64,000 nt of DNA, taken from positions 1,504,001 through 1,568,000 of the forward strand of contig CAWBOS010000012.1 of the NCBI GenBank assembly GCA_963790475.1, given 5' to 3'. The first letter of the stretch is position 1; each line of letters begins with the position of its first letter. The notes beneath the pieces are model-generated. The model was not told the origin of the DNA. It did not search any database and saw only the letters and a program-made list of their open reading frames with translations. The DNA is from an uncultured delta proteobacterium. GTDB lineage: Bacteria > Desulfobacterota > RBG-13-43-22. This document shows, piece after piece, positions 1 through 9,407 of the stretch. The position numbers and the translations under genes are program-made.

Positions 1-884
1 ACGGATCTGCTGATATTCTCTGGCGCCAGGCAACAACCGGGCAGGTCTACCTCTGGCTGATGAATGGAACAACTTCGTTTGAACAGGGGGCCGTGAGAAC
101 GGTCGATCCGGTCTGGGCAATAAAGGGAACAGGGGATTTTAACGGCGATGGTACAGCTGATGTTCTCTGGCGCCATGCCCTGACTGGTCAGGTCTACCTC
201 TGGCTGATGAATGGCGCAACCTCAATTGCCGAGGCTTCCCCGGCCACGGTCGGAGACTTGAACTGGCAGATTGTCGGGATAGGCGACTTCAATGGAGATG
301 GCAAAGCCGATATCCTCTGGAGGCATAAGGCCAGCGGACAGGTCTACATCTGGCTGATGAACGGCACTACCATTGCTTCCCAGGGGTCTCCCGGGACAGT
401 GAGCGATTTGAACTGGGAAATCAAAGGGGTGGGTGATTTCAATGGGGATGGCAAAGCGGATATTCTCTGGCAGCATGCCATCAGCGGGCAAGTTTATATC
501 TGGCTAATGAACGGGACGACCACTGCTGCACAGGGTTCTCCGGCCACAATAAGCGACCTGAACTGGGAGATCAAGGGGGTGGGTGACTTTAACGGGAACG
601 GCAAATCGGATATACTCTGGCGAAATAAGCTGAGCGGCCAGTTATATATCTGGCTGATGAACGGGACGACCACTGCTGCACAGGGTTCTCCGGCCACAAT
701 AAGCGACCTGAACTGGGAGAGTAAAGGGGTGGGTGATTTCGATGGGGATGGCAAAGCGGATATTCTCTGGCGCCATGCCGTTACCGGTCAGGTCTATATC
801 TGGCTGATGAACGGAACCACCATTGCTTCAGTAGGTTCACCTGGGACAGTCGGTGACAGTAACTGGACAATTGTAGCTCGATAG
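1..884 (+). CDS. FG-GAP/VCBS repeat beta-propeller surface protein, C-terminal part (5' end outside the window)
   Basis: About six 50-aa repeats GDFNGDGKADILWR...GQVYIWLMNG. The frame is open back to the window start (GSADILWRQATTGQVYLWLM). Confidence 0.9.
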   Translation, partial: GSADILWRQATTGQVYLWLMNGTTSFEQGAVRTVDPVWAIKGTGDFNGDGTADVLWRHALTGQVYLWLMNGATSIAEASPATVGDLNWQIVGIGDFNGDGKADILWRHKASGQVYIWLMNGTTIASQGSPGTVSDLNWEIKGVGDFNGDGKADILWQHAISGQVYIWLMNGTTTAAQGSPATISDLNWEIKGVGDFNGNGKSDILWRNKLSGQLYIWLMNGTTTAAQGSPATISDLNWESKGVGDFDGDGKADILWRHAVTGQVYIWLMNGTTIASVGSPGTVGDSNWTIVAR

Positions 885-980
885 TAAAACAAAACCCATA
901 AAACTTTTAAATCGCAATCTTGAGCTGGTCCCCAAGTTCAAGTCCGGGGGTAATCCAACCATTTCTTCAACATTTCAATT

Positions 981-1121
981 TGAGCCCCCCCGAAATAATG
1001 GACACCTCTAAGAATTTGTATTATTTAGGAAGGAGGTGCCTATGGGGAAAAGCATCGATATTTTAGCCGTGAGTTCAAACGAGATGCCGTGCAGTTGGTC
1101 ACGGAGAAAGGGATGTCGGTT
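981..1121 (+). mobile_element. IS3-family remnant: left inverted repeat and truncated orfA
   Basis: TGAGCCCCCCCGAAATAATGGACACC resembles an IS3 IRL. It is followed by an RBS/ATG and the frameshifted peptide HRYFSREFKRDAVQLVTEKGMSV, typical of the OrfA N-terminus, which breaks off into integrase sequence. Confidence 0.7.
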
Positions 1122-1428
1122 GACCCGAGTAATATGTTAAAAAGGATATTCTATAATATTCTATCCTACTTTAATTAAAGCCGGGGTTGATCGAATTCGG
1201 TTCCACGACCTCAGACATTCGAACGTGGCTCTTAGGATAGAAGCTGGCCAGAACTTAAAGTATATCCAAAAGCAATTAGGGCATTCCAGTATTCAGGTGA
1301 CAATGGATATTTACGGCCACTTACTAAGGGATACGAACCAAGATGCCGCGATCAAATTGAATGAGATGATATTCAATAGCAACGAAAATCTGGTGAGTGG
1401 TGACATTGGGTTGGTAGCAAATCAGTAG
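1122..1428 (+). pseudogene. Tyrosine integrase C-terminal fragment
   Basis: LIKAGVDRIRFHDLRHS...QKQLGHSSIQVTMDIYGH contains the HxLR, LGH and catalytic Y motifs. The N-terminus is missing and a ~10-bp tandem duplication near 1146-1165 shifts the frame. Confidence 0.85.
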
Positions 1429-1497
1429 CAGTTAGCTTAAGAGGCAGGGCAAAAGAAGGGAAACTGATGAGTAAGTTATTGATTCTTATTGGTTGTG

Positions 1498-1573
1498 TGG
1501 TGGGCCGTGGCAGGATCGAACTGCCGACCTACTGATTAAGAGTCAGTTGCTCTACCTGTTGAGCTAACGGCCC
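1498..1573 (-). tRNA. tRNA-Lys (CTT)
   Basis: Reverse complement GGGCCGTTAGCTCAACAGGTAGAGCAACTGACTCTTAATCAGTAGGTCGGCAGTTCGATCCTGCCACGGCCCACCA folds as a cloverleaf with anticodon CTT, a TTCGA T-loop and encoded CCA. Confidence 0.97.
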
Positions 1574-1656
1574 ACAATACCTGAGATTACCTAACATAAT
1601 TTAACAAAGGTGACAAGCTTAAAAAAGCATCACCTGAAAAAGTGGCTGTAAAAAAA

Positions 1657-1923
1657 TCATGACCCCGGTCCGACTTCTTTGGATTGAGCCAGACAGTCAA
1701 AAATCCTTTCCAGCCGGGTCTTGGGTAATCCCCCAAAGGCGGCCTCCAAATCCGCTCTGGAAAAATTCTCCCCCAAAAAAGAATTCACGGGAACCCGCTC
1801 TTCCCAGCAGCCGATCAGGTTTCGACAGGGTAAGGACGATTGAGCCCGGCGGCAATAGTTGAAGGTCAGCATCATCCCCAATTGAGGACAGTAGATTTCC
1901 AGAGGGTCGTAGGTGTCGATCAT
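1657..1923 (-). CDS. Small Cys-containing hypothetical protein
   Basis: MIDTYD...YCPQLG...YCR...LPCRNLIGCW; lies downstream of trpB2 on the same strand. Confidence 0.65.
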   Translation of the reverse strand: MIDTYDPLEIYCPQLGMMLTFNYCRRAQSSLPCRNLIGCWEERVPVNSFLGENFSRADLEAAFGGLPKTRLERIFDCLAQSKEVGPGS

Positions 1924-1948
1924 GGGTTTACGATTACCAATAGTAACA

Positions 1949-2030
1949 GACACGGAGAAAGGGAGACACGGGGACGGGGGGAAGCAGAGCGGGTTTTCTC
2001 CCCATCTCCGTGTCTCCGCCTCCCCGTGTC
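1949..2030. repeat. Inverted arrays of 8-mer repeats (CACGGAGA-like / TCTCCGTG-like)
   Basis: cacggagaaagggagacacggggacggggg ... ccccatctccgtgtctccgcctccccgtgtc forms an imperfect hairpin. Confidence 0.7.
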
Positions 2031-2085
2031 ATTCCAACCCTGCATATCTGAACCATTTAATCCAACAAAGCTGAGAGTTCCCTCG

Positions 2086-3453
2086 TTACAATTTCGGCTT
2101 TGGATAGTCGGCCAGGGCCTGTAATGACTTTTGAATCTCTTCGTCGGGCAATTCGAAATCGGTCAGCTTGCCTTCGAAGTAGGCACTATAAGCCATCATA
2201 TCCACCAGCCCGTGGCCGCTCCAGTTGACCAGAATGGTCTTGGCCTTGCCTTCTTCCTTGCATTTTTTGGCCTCGGAGATAACCATCGCCAAGGCATGAT
2301 TGGTTTCCGGGGCCGGGATATGTCCTTCGGTTCTGGCCCAGGTCACCCCGGCGGCAAAGGTTTCCAATTGCTTGACGGCCCGCGGTTCGACCAGTTTGTC
2401 CAGAATCAATTGAGAGACGATGGGGGCCATGCCGTGATAGCGCAACCCGCCGGCGTGAATCGGGGCCGGAACGAAGTTGTGTCCCAAGCTATACATGGCC
2501 AGCAAAGGAGTCATCTGCACGGTATCCCCGAAATCATAGACAAAGGGGCCTTTGGTCATGGTCGGGCAGGAGGAAGGTTCCACGGCGATGATATCGATTT
2601 TTTTCCCGCCGATCTTGTCCCGTACAAAGGGGAGGGCCAGACCGGCAAAATTACTTCCACCCCCGGCGCAACCGATGACAATATCCGGGTAATCGCCGAC
2701 TTTCTGGAGTTGTTTCTGGGCTTCCAGGCCGATGATGGTCTGATGGAGCAGGACGTGGTTCAGGACACTGCCCAGGGAATATTTGCTGCCGGGGTTGCTG
2801 ACAGCATCCTCCACGGCTTCACTGATGGCGATGCCGAGACTTCCCGGGGAGTTGGGGTCCTGTTCCAGTATGGACCTGCCGGCTTTGGTGTCCGGACTGG
2901 GGCTGGGGATACAGGTCGCTCCCCAGGTGTTCATCATCAGACGACGGTATGGTTTCTGATCATAACTGATCCGGACCATATAGACTTTAATCTCCAGACC
3001 AAAAAGGGCACCGGCAAAAGCCAGGGCGCTTCCCCACTGGCCGGCCCCGGTCTCAGTGGCGATCCGTTTGGTCCCCGAAATTTTATTGTAATAGGCCTGA
3101 GGCACGGCGGTGTTGGGTTTATGACTGCCGGCCGGGCTGACCCCTTCGTTTTTATAATAAATTTTGGCCGGAGTTTGTAAAAAAGCTTCCAGGGCATAAG
3201 CGCGGACCAGAGGGGAAGGCCGCCAGATCAGATATTTTTCCAGGACGGGTTCGGGTATATCGATGAAGCGCTGCGGACTGACTTCCTGTTCAATCAGGGG
3301 CATGGGAAAGATCGGGGCCAGATCATCGGGGCCGACCGGTTGACCGGTACCGGGATGCAGGGGGGGCTGCATTCCGTTCGGCATGTCGGGTAAAATGTTA
3401 TACCATTGACGGGGCATTTCATCTTCGGTTAATAAAATTTTTTTGGGCACCAT
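2086..3453 (-). CDS. trpB2: Tryptophan synthase beta chain, type 2 (TrpB2)
   Basis: [12 protein letters not shown]-lysine motif, [27 protein letters not shown]; 455 aa; no trpA nearby. Confidence 0.95.
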   Translation of the reverse strand: MVPKKILLTEDEMPRQWYNILPDMPNGMQPPLHPGTGQPVGPDDLAPIFPMPLIEQEVSPQRFIDIPEPVLEKYLIWRPSPLVRAYALEAFLQTPAKIYYKNEGVSPAGSHKPNTAVPQAYYNKISGTKRIATETGAGQWGSALAFAGALFGLEIKVYMVRISYDQKPYRRLMMNTWGATCIPSPSPDTKAGRSILEQDPNSPGSLGIAISEAVEDAVSNPGSKYSLGSVLNHVLLHQTIIGLEAQKQLQKVGDYPDIVIGCAGGGSNFAGLALPFVRDKIGGKKIDIIAVEPSSCPTMTKGPFVYDFGDTVQMTPLLAMYSLGHNFVPAPIHAGGLRYHGMAPIVSQLILDKLVEPRAVKQLETFAAGVTWARTEGHIPAPETNHALAMVISEAKKCKEEGKAKTILVNWSGHGLVDMMAYSAYFEGKLTDFELPDEEIQKSLQALADYPKPKL

Positions 3454-3760
3454 GATTCCTCCTTCTCCTCAAGGTTATTTTTTCTATATAATAATTTTTT
3501 TCTTGGTTGAGAATAGATTCCTTCAGGCAGAGTACAGGAACTGTCGAGAAAAACTAAAATTTCACTATATAAAGCTTGGATAAACCTGTCAATCAAATTA
3601 AAGAGCGCTTTGAAAAACGCCATCTTTTGCCCCGGTTCCGCGTCAGACTCAAGATTTAATTCTCGAAATACTAAATGTATCCCGGTGGGAGGCAAAACGA
3701 AGGAGGAGCAAGCGGCTTTTTATCCCTTGACCCGACACCGATCTTTATTTTATATTCAGA

Positions 3761-3925
3761 GATGTTCTTGCAAATCTTTCAAATATCGTCACACCGGCGA
3801 ACCCCGGATCAGGTCCGGGGCAGGCGCCGGTGTCCAGACATCATCCCAATGAAAGTCGGGAACCAGCACCATCTCCTGGATTCCGGCGTTCGCCGGAATG
3901 ACGTCGCTGGACTTTTACAACAGGC
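3761..3925. repeat. Palindromic MITE/REP-like element, copy 1
   Basis: gtcacaccggcgaa...ccggtgtccag ... ctggattccggcgttcgccggaatgac; related to copies at 12617, 16338, 18398 and 44346. Confidence 0.75.
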
Positions 3926-3999
3926 AATATAACAAGATATAAGCGGCTATAGATACTTCTTAAAGCCATTGCCGTTTAAGAATTTCCGGGAAAGGGAAC

Positions 4000-4368
4000 A
4001 TGGGGGAAAAAGAGGTCGTTCCTATTAAGAACATCGTCCAGGAACTGTGGACCGGAGGGAATTCCCTCATCGATCCCCTGGTCCCGGCCGTTATAGAGGC
4101 CTGGAGCCGGGTGGTTCCCGTATCGTTACGCCCGGCGATCTGCCTGGAGGGGATCCGGGAGGGGACTCTCCATCTGCTGGTTTCCAACCCGATCGTCGGA
4201 CAACAATTGCAGTTTCTAAAGGAATCCATCCGGGAAAAAATGAATGCCATCCTGGGGGGGCCGATTGTTAAAGGGATTCGGGTTAAGCCCGGGTCTTTTC
4301 CGGAGATGCCTTCTGCAGAATTTGAAGAACCTGGTCATCGTAAACCCCGGGCTCCCGGTAAAGGGTAA
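4000..4368 (+). CDS. DUF721/DciA-family protein
   Basis: AWSRVV...GIREGTLHLLVSNPIVGQQLQFLKESIREKMNAILG pattern. Confidence 0.75.
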   Translation: MGEKEVVPIKNIVQELWTGGNSLIDPLVPAVIEAWSRVVPVSLRPAICLEGIREGTLHLLVSNPIVGQQLQFLKESIREKMNAILGGPIVKGIRVKPGSFPEMPSAEFEEPGHRKPRAPGKG

Positions 4369-5065
4369 CAGGCGGAAGGACCTTGAGTTCTTCCCGACCC
4401 TGGAAAACGGCCTCCATCAATACCCACTCCGCCTCTTTATCTTGAAAAGAATAAACCATTCGGATCTTCTTGGGTTCCAGCTGGTGTTGTCTGGACAAGG
4501 CCAGAAGAGATACCAGTCTCCAGGCCGGGTAGATCACGAACCATTTCCCTCCAACCTTTAAGCTGTGGGCCACACTTTTCAGAAGCTGAGGTAAGGTAAC
4601 CCGGACCTCATGGCGGGCCATGGCTTTTTGGGGATTGGGGTTGATCCGGCCCCGATCTAAGGGGCGAAAGGGTGGATTGGAAACAACCGCGTCAAATTTA
4701 CCTTTTTTGATGAATCCCGGGAGTTGACAGAGGTCCCCCCGGATGATTGAAATACGATCCTGAAATTGATTGAGGATGATATTGCGGCGGGCCAGATCGA
4801 TGAATTCCGGCGCCAGTTCCAGGGCAATGATCCTGGAGAGCGGATAGGCCCCGGCCAGGATAAGGGCCAGGATCCCGCTGCCGGTTCCCAGATCCAAAAT
4901 CCGGGAACGAGCCTTGAGCCGGATAAATTCAGACAGGATTAAAACGTCAATAGAAAAACGATAACCGGTTTTCTTCTGGATGACTCCGATAGCCCCCTTT
5001 CCCCAGGAGTCCAGGGTTTCATCGGCACCAACCGATACCGGTTTCTCAGGGGAGGATGGATTCAT
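4283..5065 (-). CDS. tRNA1(Val) A37 N6-methyltransferase-like SAM methyltransferase
   Basis: QKKTGYRFSID, LDLGTGSG, SNPPF, ARHE motifs. Confidence 0.88.
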   Translation of the reverse strand: MNPSSPEKPVSVGADETLDSWGKGAIGVIQKKTGYRFSIDVLILSEFIRLKARSRILDLGTGSGILALILAGAYPLSRIIALELAPEFIDLARRNIILNQFQDRISIIRGDLCQLPGFIKKGKFDAVVSNPPFRPLDRGRINPNPQKAMARHEVRVTLPQLLKSVAHSLKVGGKWFVIYPAWRLVSLLALSRQHQLEPKKIRMVYSFQDKEAEWVLMEAVFQGREELKVLPPVTLYREPGVYDDQVLQILQKASPEKTRA

Positions 5066-6398
5066 TCCGATTTAAGGGATTCATCACCAGGCCGGTCAGT
5101 GTTTTAGGGTAAAAATAAGTGGATTTTCTGGGCATGACCAGAGAGGCCTCCGCAATCTGCCGGACCTGTTCAATCGGGGTGGGGTTTAAGATGAACCCCA
5201 TTTGGCTGCGCCCCTTTTCCACCCGTTGTAAAACCTCAAGGCTGTCATGCCGATATTCGATAATTTTTTCCTGGTCCAGTTCTTCCGGCCGGATTCCCAG
5301 AATTTTTTGAAAGACCAAGCGGCTTAAGATCACGACATCCAGCCGTTTTAATAAAGGGTCGATACCTTCCCCCCAGTCGCCGTCCAGACTCTCTTTTTTT
5401 AGGGTTAGAAGATAGAACCAGGAAGTCTGGAACAGGAAGAGACCAAAAGAGTGGGATTCGGTGCCTTGTTTCTCCAGCCGGGAAAGAAATTCGTGGGTAG
5501 TCTGTTTTTTAGTTTCAGGATCAAAAGGAATTTTTTCAACCGCAAAATAGGGGGCCAGCTTTTTTTCCAATAACAGGGGGTCGATTTCGAAAACGCGGTT
5601 CAAGGCCCGATGGACCGGGAAGATAGTCAGTCCGGGATCTTCCATCGGACAGAGAAACATCAGCGTATAATTAAAGGCCGCGGTACTCCCCAGCTCCGGG
5701 TGTTCTCTGCGCATATCCGATTGATAGGCCAGGCTGGTCTCATAACGGTGATGGCCGTCGGCGATATAGACGGTTTTGTCCAAAAATCTTTCCCTGATTT
5801 TCATTAGGGTTGAAGGGGCGGTAATTCTCCAAAGCCGATGACGGACCGAGTCTTGATCTACAAAGTCGGTAAAAGGTCTTTCGGCGGCTTGATCGTCAAG
5901 TAAGGAGAGGATTCGGCCTTCGGGGTCGATATAAAAAGAGAAAATCGGACAAAACTGCATTTGACAATGTTGGAAAAGCTGATAGCGGTCCTGTTTGAAA
6001 GAGGAAAAAGTTTTTTCATGAGGCCGGACTTTGCCGGAATCAAAAGGTTCCAGCCCGAGCAAGGAGATAAAACCGGTACGGATGCGGATCCCTTGGCCTG
6101 GAATCGAAAAATTAATTTTATAAAGATAGATAGCCGGTTCCTGATCCTGGATAAGGAGTTGGTCTTTAAGCCAGGTCTTTAGAGTCAGGGCGGCACGGGT
6201 GTATCGATTATCTTCAGGGGTGTCTCCAGGGAAGGTCTTACCGAAATCCAGGCGGATGATATTGTTCGGATGCAATTGATAAAAACGCTCCTGTTCCTCG
6301 GGATTGATTACGTCATAGGGCGGGGTCACCACCTGGGAAAAATTGTTGATGATTCGTGAATTATAGATAATCCCCCGAAAGGGGGCGATGTGCGCCAC
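5046..6398 (-). CDS. DUF1015 family protein
   Basis: PFRG...PPYDVI, PHEKT, IADGHHRYET, MPRKSTYFYPK; probable GTG start at 6398. Confidence 0.9.
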   Translation of the reverse strand: MAHIAPFRGIIYNSRIINNFSQVVTPPYDVINPEEQERFYQLHPNNIIRLDFGKTFPGDTPEDNRYTRAALTLKTWLKDQLLIQDQEPAIYLYKINFSIPGQGIRIRTGFISLLGLEPFDSGKVRPHEKTFSSFKQDRYQLFQHCQMQFCPIFSFYIDPEGRILSLLDDQAAERPFTDFVDQDSVRHRLWRITAPSTLMKIRERFLDKTVYIADGHHRYETSLAYQSDMRREHPELGSTAAFNYTLMFLCPMEDPGLTIFPVHRALNRVFEIDPLLLEKKLAPYFAVEKIPFDPETKKQTTHEFLSRLEKQGTESHSFGLFLFQTSWFYLLTLKKESLDGDWGEGIDPLLKRLDVVILSRLVFQKILGIRPEELDQEKIIEYRHDSLEVLQRVEKGRSQMGFILNPTPIEQVRQIAEASLVMPRKSTYFYPKTLTGLVMNPLNRNESILP

Positions 6399-6573
6399 CT
6401 TGCCTTCTTCTCCTTTCTGCACAAAAAACCAATAAATTTTTTAATAGCATGTTCTTGTTGACCGGTAAAGAAAATTAATATCTGACAGGGAACAAAAGGA
6501 ACTGATGGGGGAATTTTGCCGGGAAAATGTTTGCCGGACAGGAACGCCGGTCCGGATCGGACACCATAGACAA

Positions 6574-6620
6574 TAGGCCCAAAGTCCCTTTTTAAGCTTT
6601 GGAAAGGGGCTTTGGGCCTA
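6574..6620 (-). terminator. Strong hairpin downstream of the HU/RHH genes
   Basis: taggcccaaagtcccttt...aaaggggctttgggccta inverted repeat. Confidence 0.5.
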
Positions 6621-6682
6621 GGACTTTTGCTCTCTTTGAGAAACTTCAGGCCGTTGACTGGATAAGTATTAATCCGGGTTGT

Positions 6683-6925
6683 TTATTTTTTCTTGGGAAG
6701 GGGCTTCACTCTTTTCCCTTTAAGATATAATTTCAATGCCTCATCGACTACCTCTTTAATCCCCTTTTGCTCCCAATAAGTAATGGACTTTATCTTCCCA
6801 TGATTGATCTCCCGGATCATGACTGTGGTCCGGATCCATTTTTCCGGCGATTTTTGGGGTGCCTTGGCTTTTCCGGCAACGGCAGGTTTGATTTTTTTCA
6901 TTGCCGGTCTTTTTCGGATGACCAT
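6683..6925 (-). CDS. Small basic protein, ribbon-helix-helix-like
   Basis: Lys-rich N-terminus, then RTTVMIRE (beta strand) and KEVVDEALKLYL (helix). Confidence 0.6.
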   Translation of the reverse strand: MVIRKRPAMKKIKPAVAGKAKAPQKSPEKWIRTTVMIREINHGKIKSITYWEQKGIKEVVDEALKLYLKGKRVKPLPKKK

Positions 6926-7015
6926 GATCTTTGCTCCCTTTAAAAAAAGTGGAACGATTAGGGGGTATGCTTTAGTGAATCTCTCTCCTCCTGTCCCAAT
7001 TGCAAGAGGAAAAAC

Positions 7016-7318
7016 CTATTTCTTGGGAGGAACAACGGCATCTTTGAAAGCTTTAGCTATCCTCATTTTAGTTACGGTCTTGGCAGGAATCTTGATCGGT
7101 TCACCGGTTTGAGGATTTCTCCCGGTGCGAGCCTTTCTTTTGGAAAGAACGATCTTGCCAATGCCCGGCATGGTAAAAGATCCGGATTTCTTGGTTTCGG
7201 CAACCGCCAATTTGGCCAATTCATCCAGGATCTCCTTTGAAGAATTTTTGGTCATCATGAACTTTTCGGCCAGGTAAGAAACCAGTTGCGTTTTGGTAAG
7301 GGGTTTTTTGGTAGCCAT
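7016..7318 (-). CDS. hup: HU family DNA-binding protein
   Basis: GIGKIVLSKRKARTGRNPQTGEPIKIPAK signature. Confidence 0.95.
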   Translation of the reverse strand: MATKKPLTKTQLVSYLAEKFMMTKNSSKEILDELAKLAVAETKKSGSFTMPGIGKIVLSKRKARTGRNPQTGEPIKIPAKTVTKMRIAKAFKDAVVPPKK

Positions 7319-7473
7319 AGCGTTTTATCCTCCTTAAAAGTTTTTTATTTGATGAATTTATAAAGGAAAAAAAAGGAAGGGTCAAGCGAAAAAGACAAAA
7401 GTTCCCTAAAAAAATGCAAATAGCCTCATTTTTTTTTGTCAATTCCCTTGATCTGCCCTTCGATCCCTGCCAA

Positions 7474-8319
7474 TTAATCTCTTTTCCGGTCCAATTTTCC
7501 CCTCTTTTGACAGCCAGGGCAATAATGGGTGCCGCGACCGGCCACCCTTATTTTTTCAATTTGCCGGCCGCAGCGCGGGCAAGGGGATCCGGTCCGGCCG
7601 TAAACTTGATGATAATTTTGAAAGCCTCCACTGGTTCCATCCGGTCTCCGATAGTCCTTCAGAGTCGATCCCTGCATTGAAATAGCCCGGGTCAATATTT
7701 TTTTAATAATTCGATGGAGGTCCTTGATCCGGGCCGAAGATAAGGTGTCTGATTTGGTCAGGGGATGTATTTTGGCTTGGAACAGAGACTCATCCACATA
7801 GATATTCCCCAATCCACTGATTAGGGATTGATCCAGCAAAAGGGATTTGACGGTCCTTTTCCTGGAGAGGACGATTTTGACAAATTGATCGGAGGTAATT
7901 TCAAAGGGGTCGGGACCCAGGCGGCTGAGATAGGGGTTTGAATCGACGGGCTTCCCTGGGAATAAGGCAAAAAAGCCGAATTTTCTTATGTCCCGGTAAC
8001 GCATCTGAAATTTGGAGGAATAAAAATGAAAAATCATATGTGTATGCCGGTCGGCCGGCGTCGATCGGGGTTCCACTAAAACCTGACCGGTCATTTTGAG
8101 ATGGAGGATCAGGGTCCAGTCCGGAGTAAGGTCCATGAGGATGAACTTGCCTTTACGCCTGATTTCTCGTATGATGGCCCCGGTTAAAATTCGAACAAAA
8201 ACCTTTGAAGAAGAACGAAGAATTCCAGGATTGAGAATCTGAACGAATCTGATCTTTTGGCCGATCAGACTCGAACGAAGTCGGCGGACAATGGTTTCAA
8301 CTTCCGGCAGCTCGGGCAT
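7474..8319 (-). CDS. mutM: Formamidopyrimidine-DNA glycosylase
   Basis: MPELPEVET start, HLKMTG, GLGNIYVDE, C-terminal CPRC...CPGCQ zinc finger. Confidence 0.97.
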   Translation of the reverse strand: MPELPEVETIVRRLRSSLIGQKIRFVQILNPGILRSSSKVFVRILTGAIIREIRRKGKFILMDLTPDWTLILHLKMTGQVLVEPRSTPADRHTHMIFHFYSSKFQMRYRDIRKFGFFALFPGKPVDSNPYLSRLGPDPFEITSDQFVKIVLSRKRTVKSLLLDQSLISGLGNIYVDESLFQAKIHPLTKSDTLSSARIKDLHRIIKKILTRAISMQGSTLKDYRRPDGTSGGFQNYHQVYGRTGSPCPRCGRQIEKIRVAGRGTHYCPGCQKRGKLDRKRD

Positions 8320-8328
8320 AGGATTCGC

Positions 8329-9255
8329 TCACTTTTCGGCATCGGGAGTTTGGAGAAATTCCCTTTGAGGGCGATAACGGGTGATGAACCATTTCAGTTG
8401 CCGGCAGACCCCGCGGATCATGCGGACTTCATGGGATTGGAGGCCGGTTCGCGAAAAATATCGGCGCAGGCTCATCATCCAAAGCTCGGGATTTTGTTTG
8501 TCCAAAAAATCCATCAACTGCAGGACCTCCGACAGGTGCCGGTACATCCCTTCCAGTTCGAAGGAAGAGGCCAGGGGAGGGGCTTCGAGTTCGGAGTTCG
8601 GAGTTCGGAGTTGGGAGATATCTGCCTGAGACTGAAGGGGTGACAAGTGACTGGCGTCGAGCGCTGAGATTGCGGAATTCGAGTTTGGGGAGTTCGAATT
8701 TGAATTGCTCTGAACTCCCCTGCCCGTCGCAGGCTCCGAACTTTGAGACTGACCATTTTGGTGTGCCAAAAGAATTTCATAACAAAGAATCAGAACGGCC
8801 TGACCCAGATTGAGGGAACTGGCGGCGACGGTGGGGATGTGGACGAGGCAATGGCAGAACCGTAATTCTTCGTTGCTTAAGCCGCGGTTTTCAGGGCCGA
8901 AGAGAACGGCGATACGGTTTTGAGCACCCAGGGATTGAATTTTCCGGGCCGCTTGAGAGGGACCGATGATCTCCTTGCGCTGGCCCCCCAGACGGGCTGT
9001 GGTTCCCACGATGTATTGAAAAGGGGCCAAGGCCTCGGCCAGGGACGAATAGGTTTTCATGTCTTCCAGCAGCCCTCGGGCCATGTGCGTGGAAAGCTTG
9101 GTCATCCGTTCCCAGTCGGTATCCTCGGGACTGACTACGATGATATGGGAAAGGCCCATATTCCAGGCCGCACGGGCCGAGGCCCCGATATTTTCCGCGA
9201 AGCGCGGTTGATGGAGAACCAGGGTGATGTGGTCCAATAAAGAGTTGTCAGGCAT
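8329..9255 (-). CDS. trmJ: TrmJ/LasT-family SPOUT RNA methyltransferase with an in-frame repeat insertion
   Basis: ENIGASARA, VGTTAR, FGPENRGLSNEEL, SLNLGQAV; about 55 extra low-complexity residues in the interdomain linker. Confidence 0.88.
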   Translation of the reverse strand: MPDNSLLDHITLVLHQPRFAENIGASARAAWNMGLSHIIVVSPEDTDWERMTKLSTHMARGLLEDMKTYSSLAEALAPFQYIVGTTARLGGQRKEIIGPSQAARKIQSLGAQNRIAVLFGPENRGLSNEELRFCHCLVHIPTVAASSLNLGQAVLILCYEILLAHQNGQSQSSEPATGRGVQSNSNSNSPNSNSAISALDASHLSPLQSQADISQLRTPNSELEAPPLASSFELEGMYRHLSEVLQLMDFLDKQNPELWMMSLRRYFSRTGLQSHEVRMIRGVCRQLKWFITRYRPQREFLQTPDAEK

Positions 9256-9264
9256 TGGTTTCTT

Positions 9265-9361
9265 TTCAAGAAGAATTCGGAATCTGGTAGTCAGGGGTCA
9301 GAATAAAACCTTAAAACCGGCTTCCCATATTCTGGATTCTGACTACTGGATTCTGGATTCC
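9265..9361. repeat. Inverted heptamer repeat arrays (ATTCTGG-type)
   Basis: gaattcggaatctggtagtcaggggtcagaat ... attctggattctgactactggattctggattc. Confidence 0.7.
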
Positions 9362-9407
9362 ATGTTTTTCTATTATCATACTATCGGGTATAACACAACC
9401 GACCTTT

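Noticed and set aside
60-884. Regular 150-bp repeats as a CRISPR array
   Set aside because: They are in-frame protein repeats with no unique spacers; no cas genes or repeat-spacer arrays were seen anywhere in the window.
1122-1428. Integrase fragment as the integron integrase for the 17-23 kb cassettes
   Set aside because: It is truncated, 16 kb away and adjacent to a tRNA, and it resembles phage/island integrases rather than IntI.
2131-3180. 349-aa ORF on the + strand
   Set aside because: Antisense shadow of trpB2 with no recognisable motifs.
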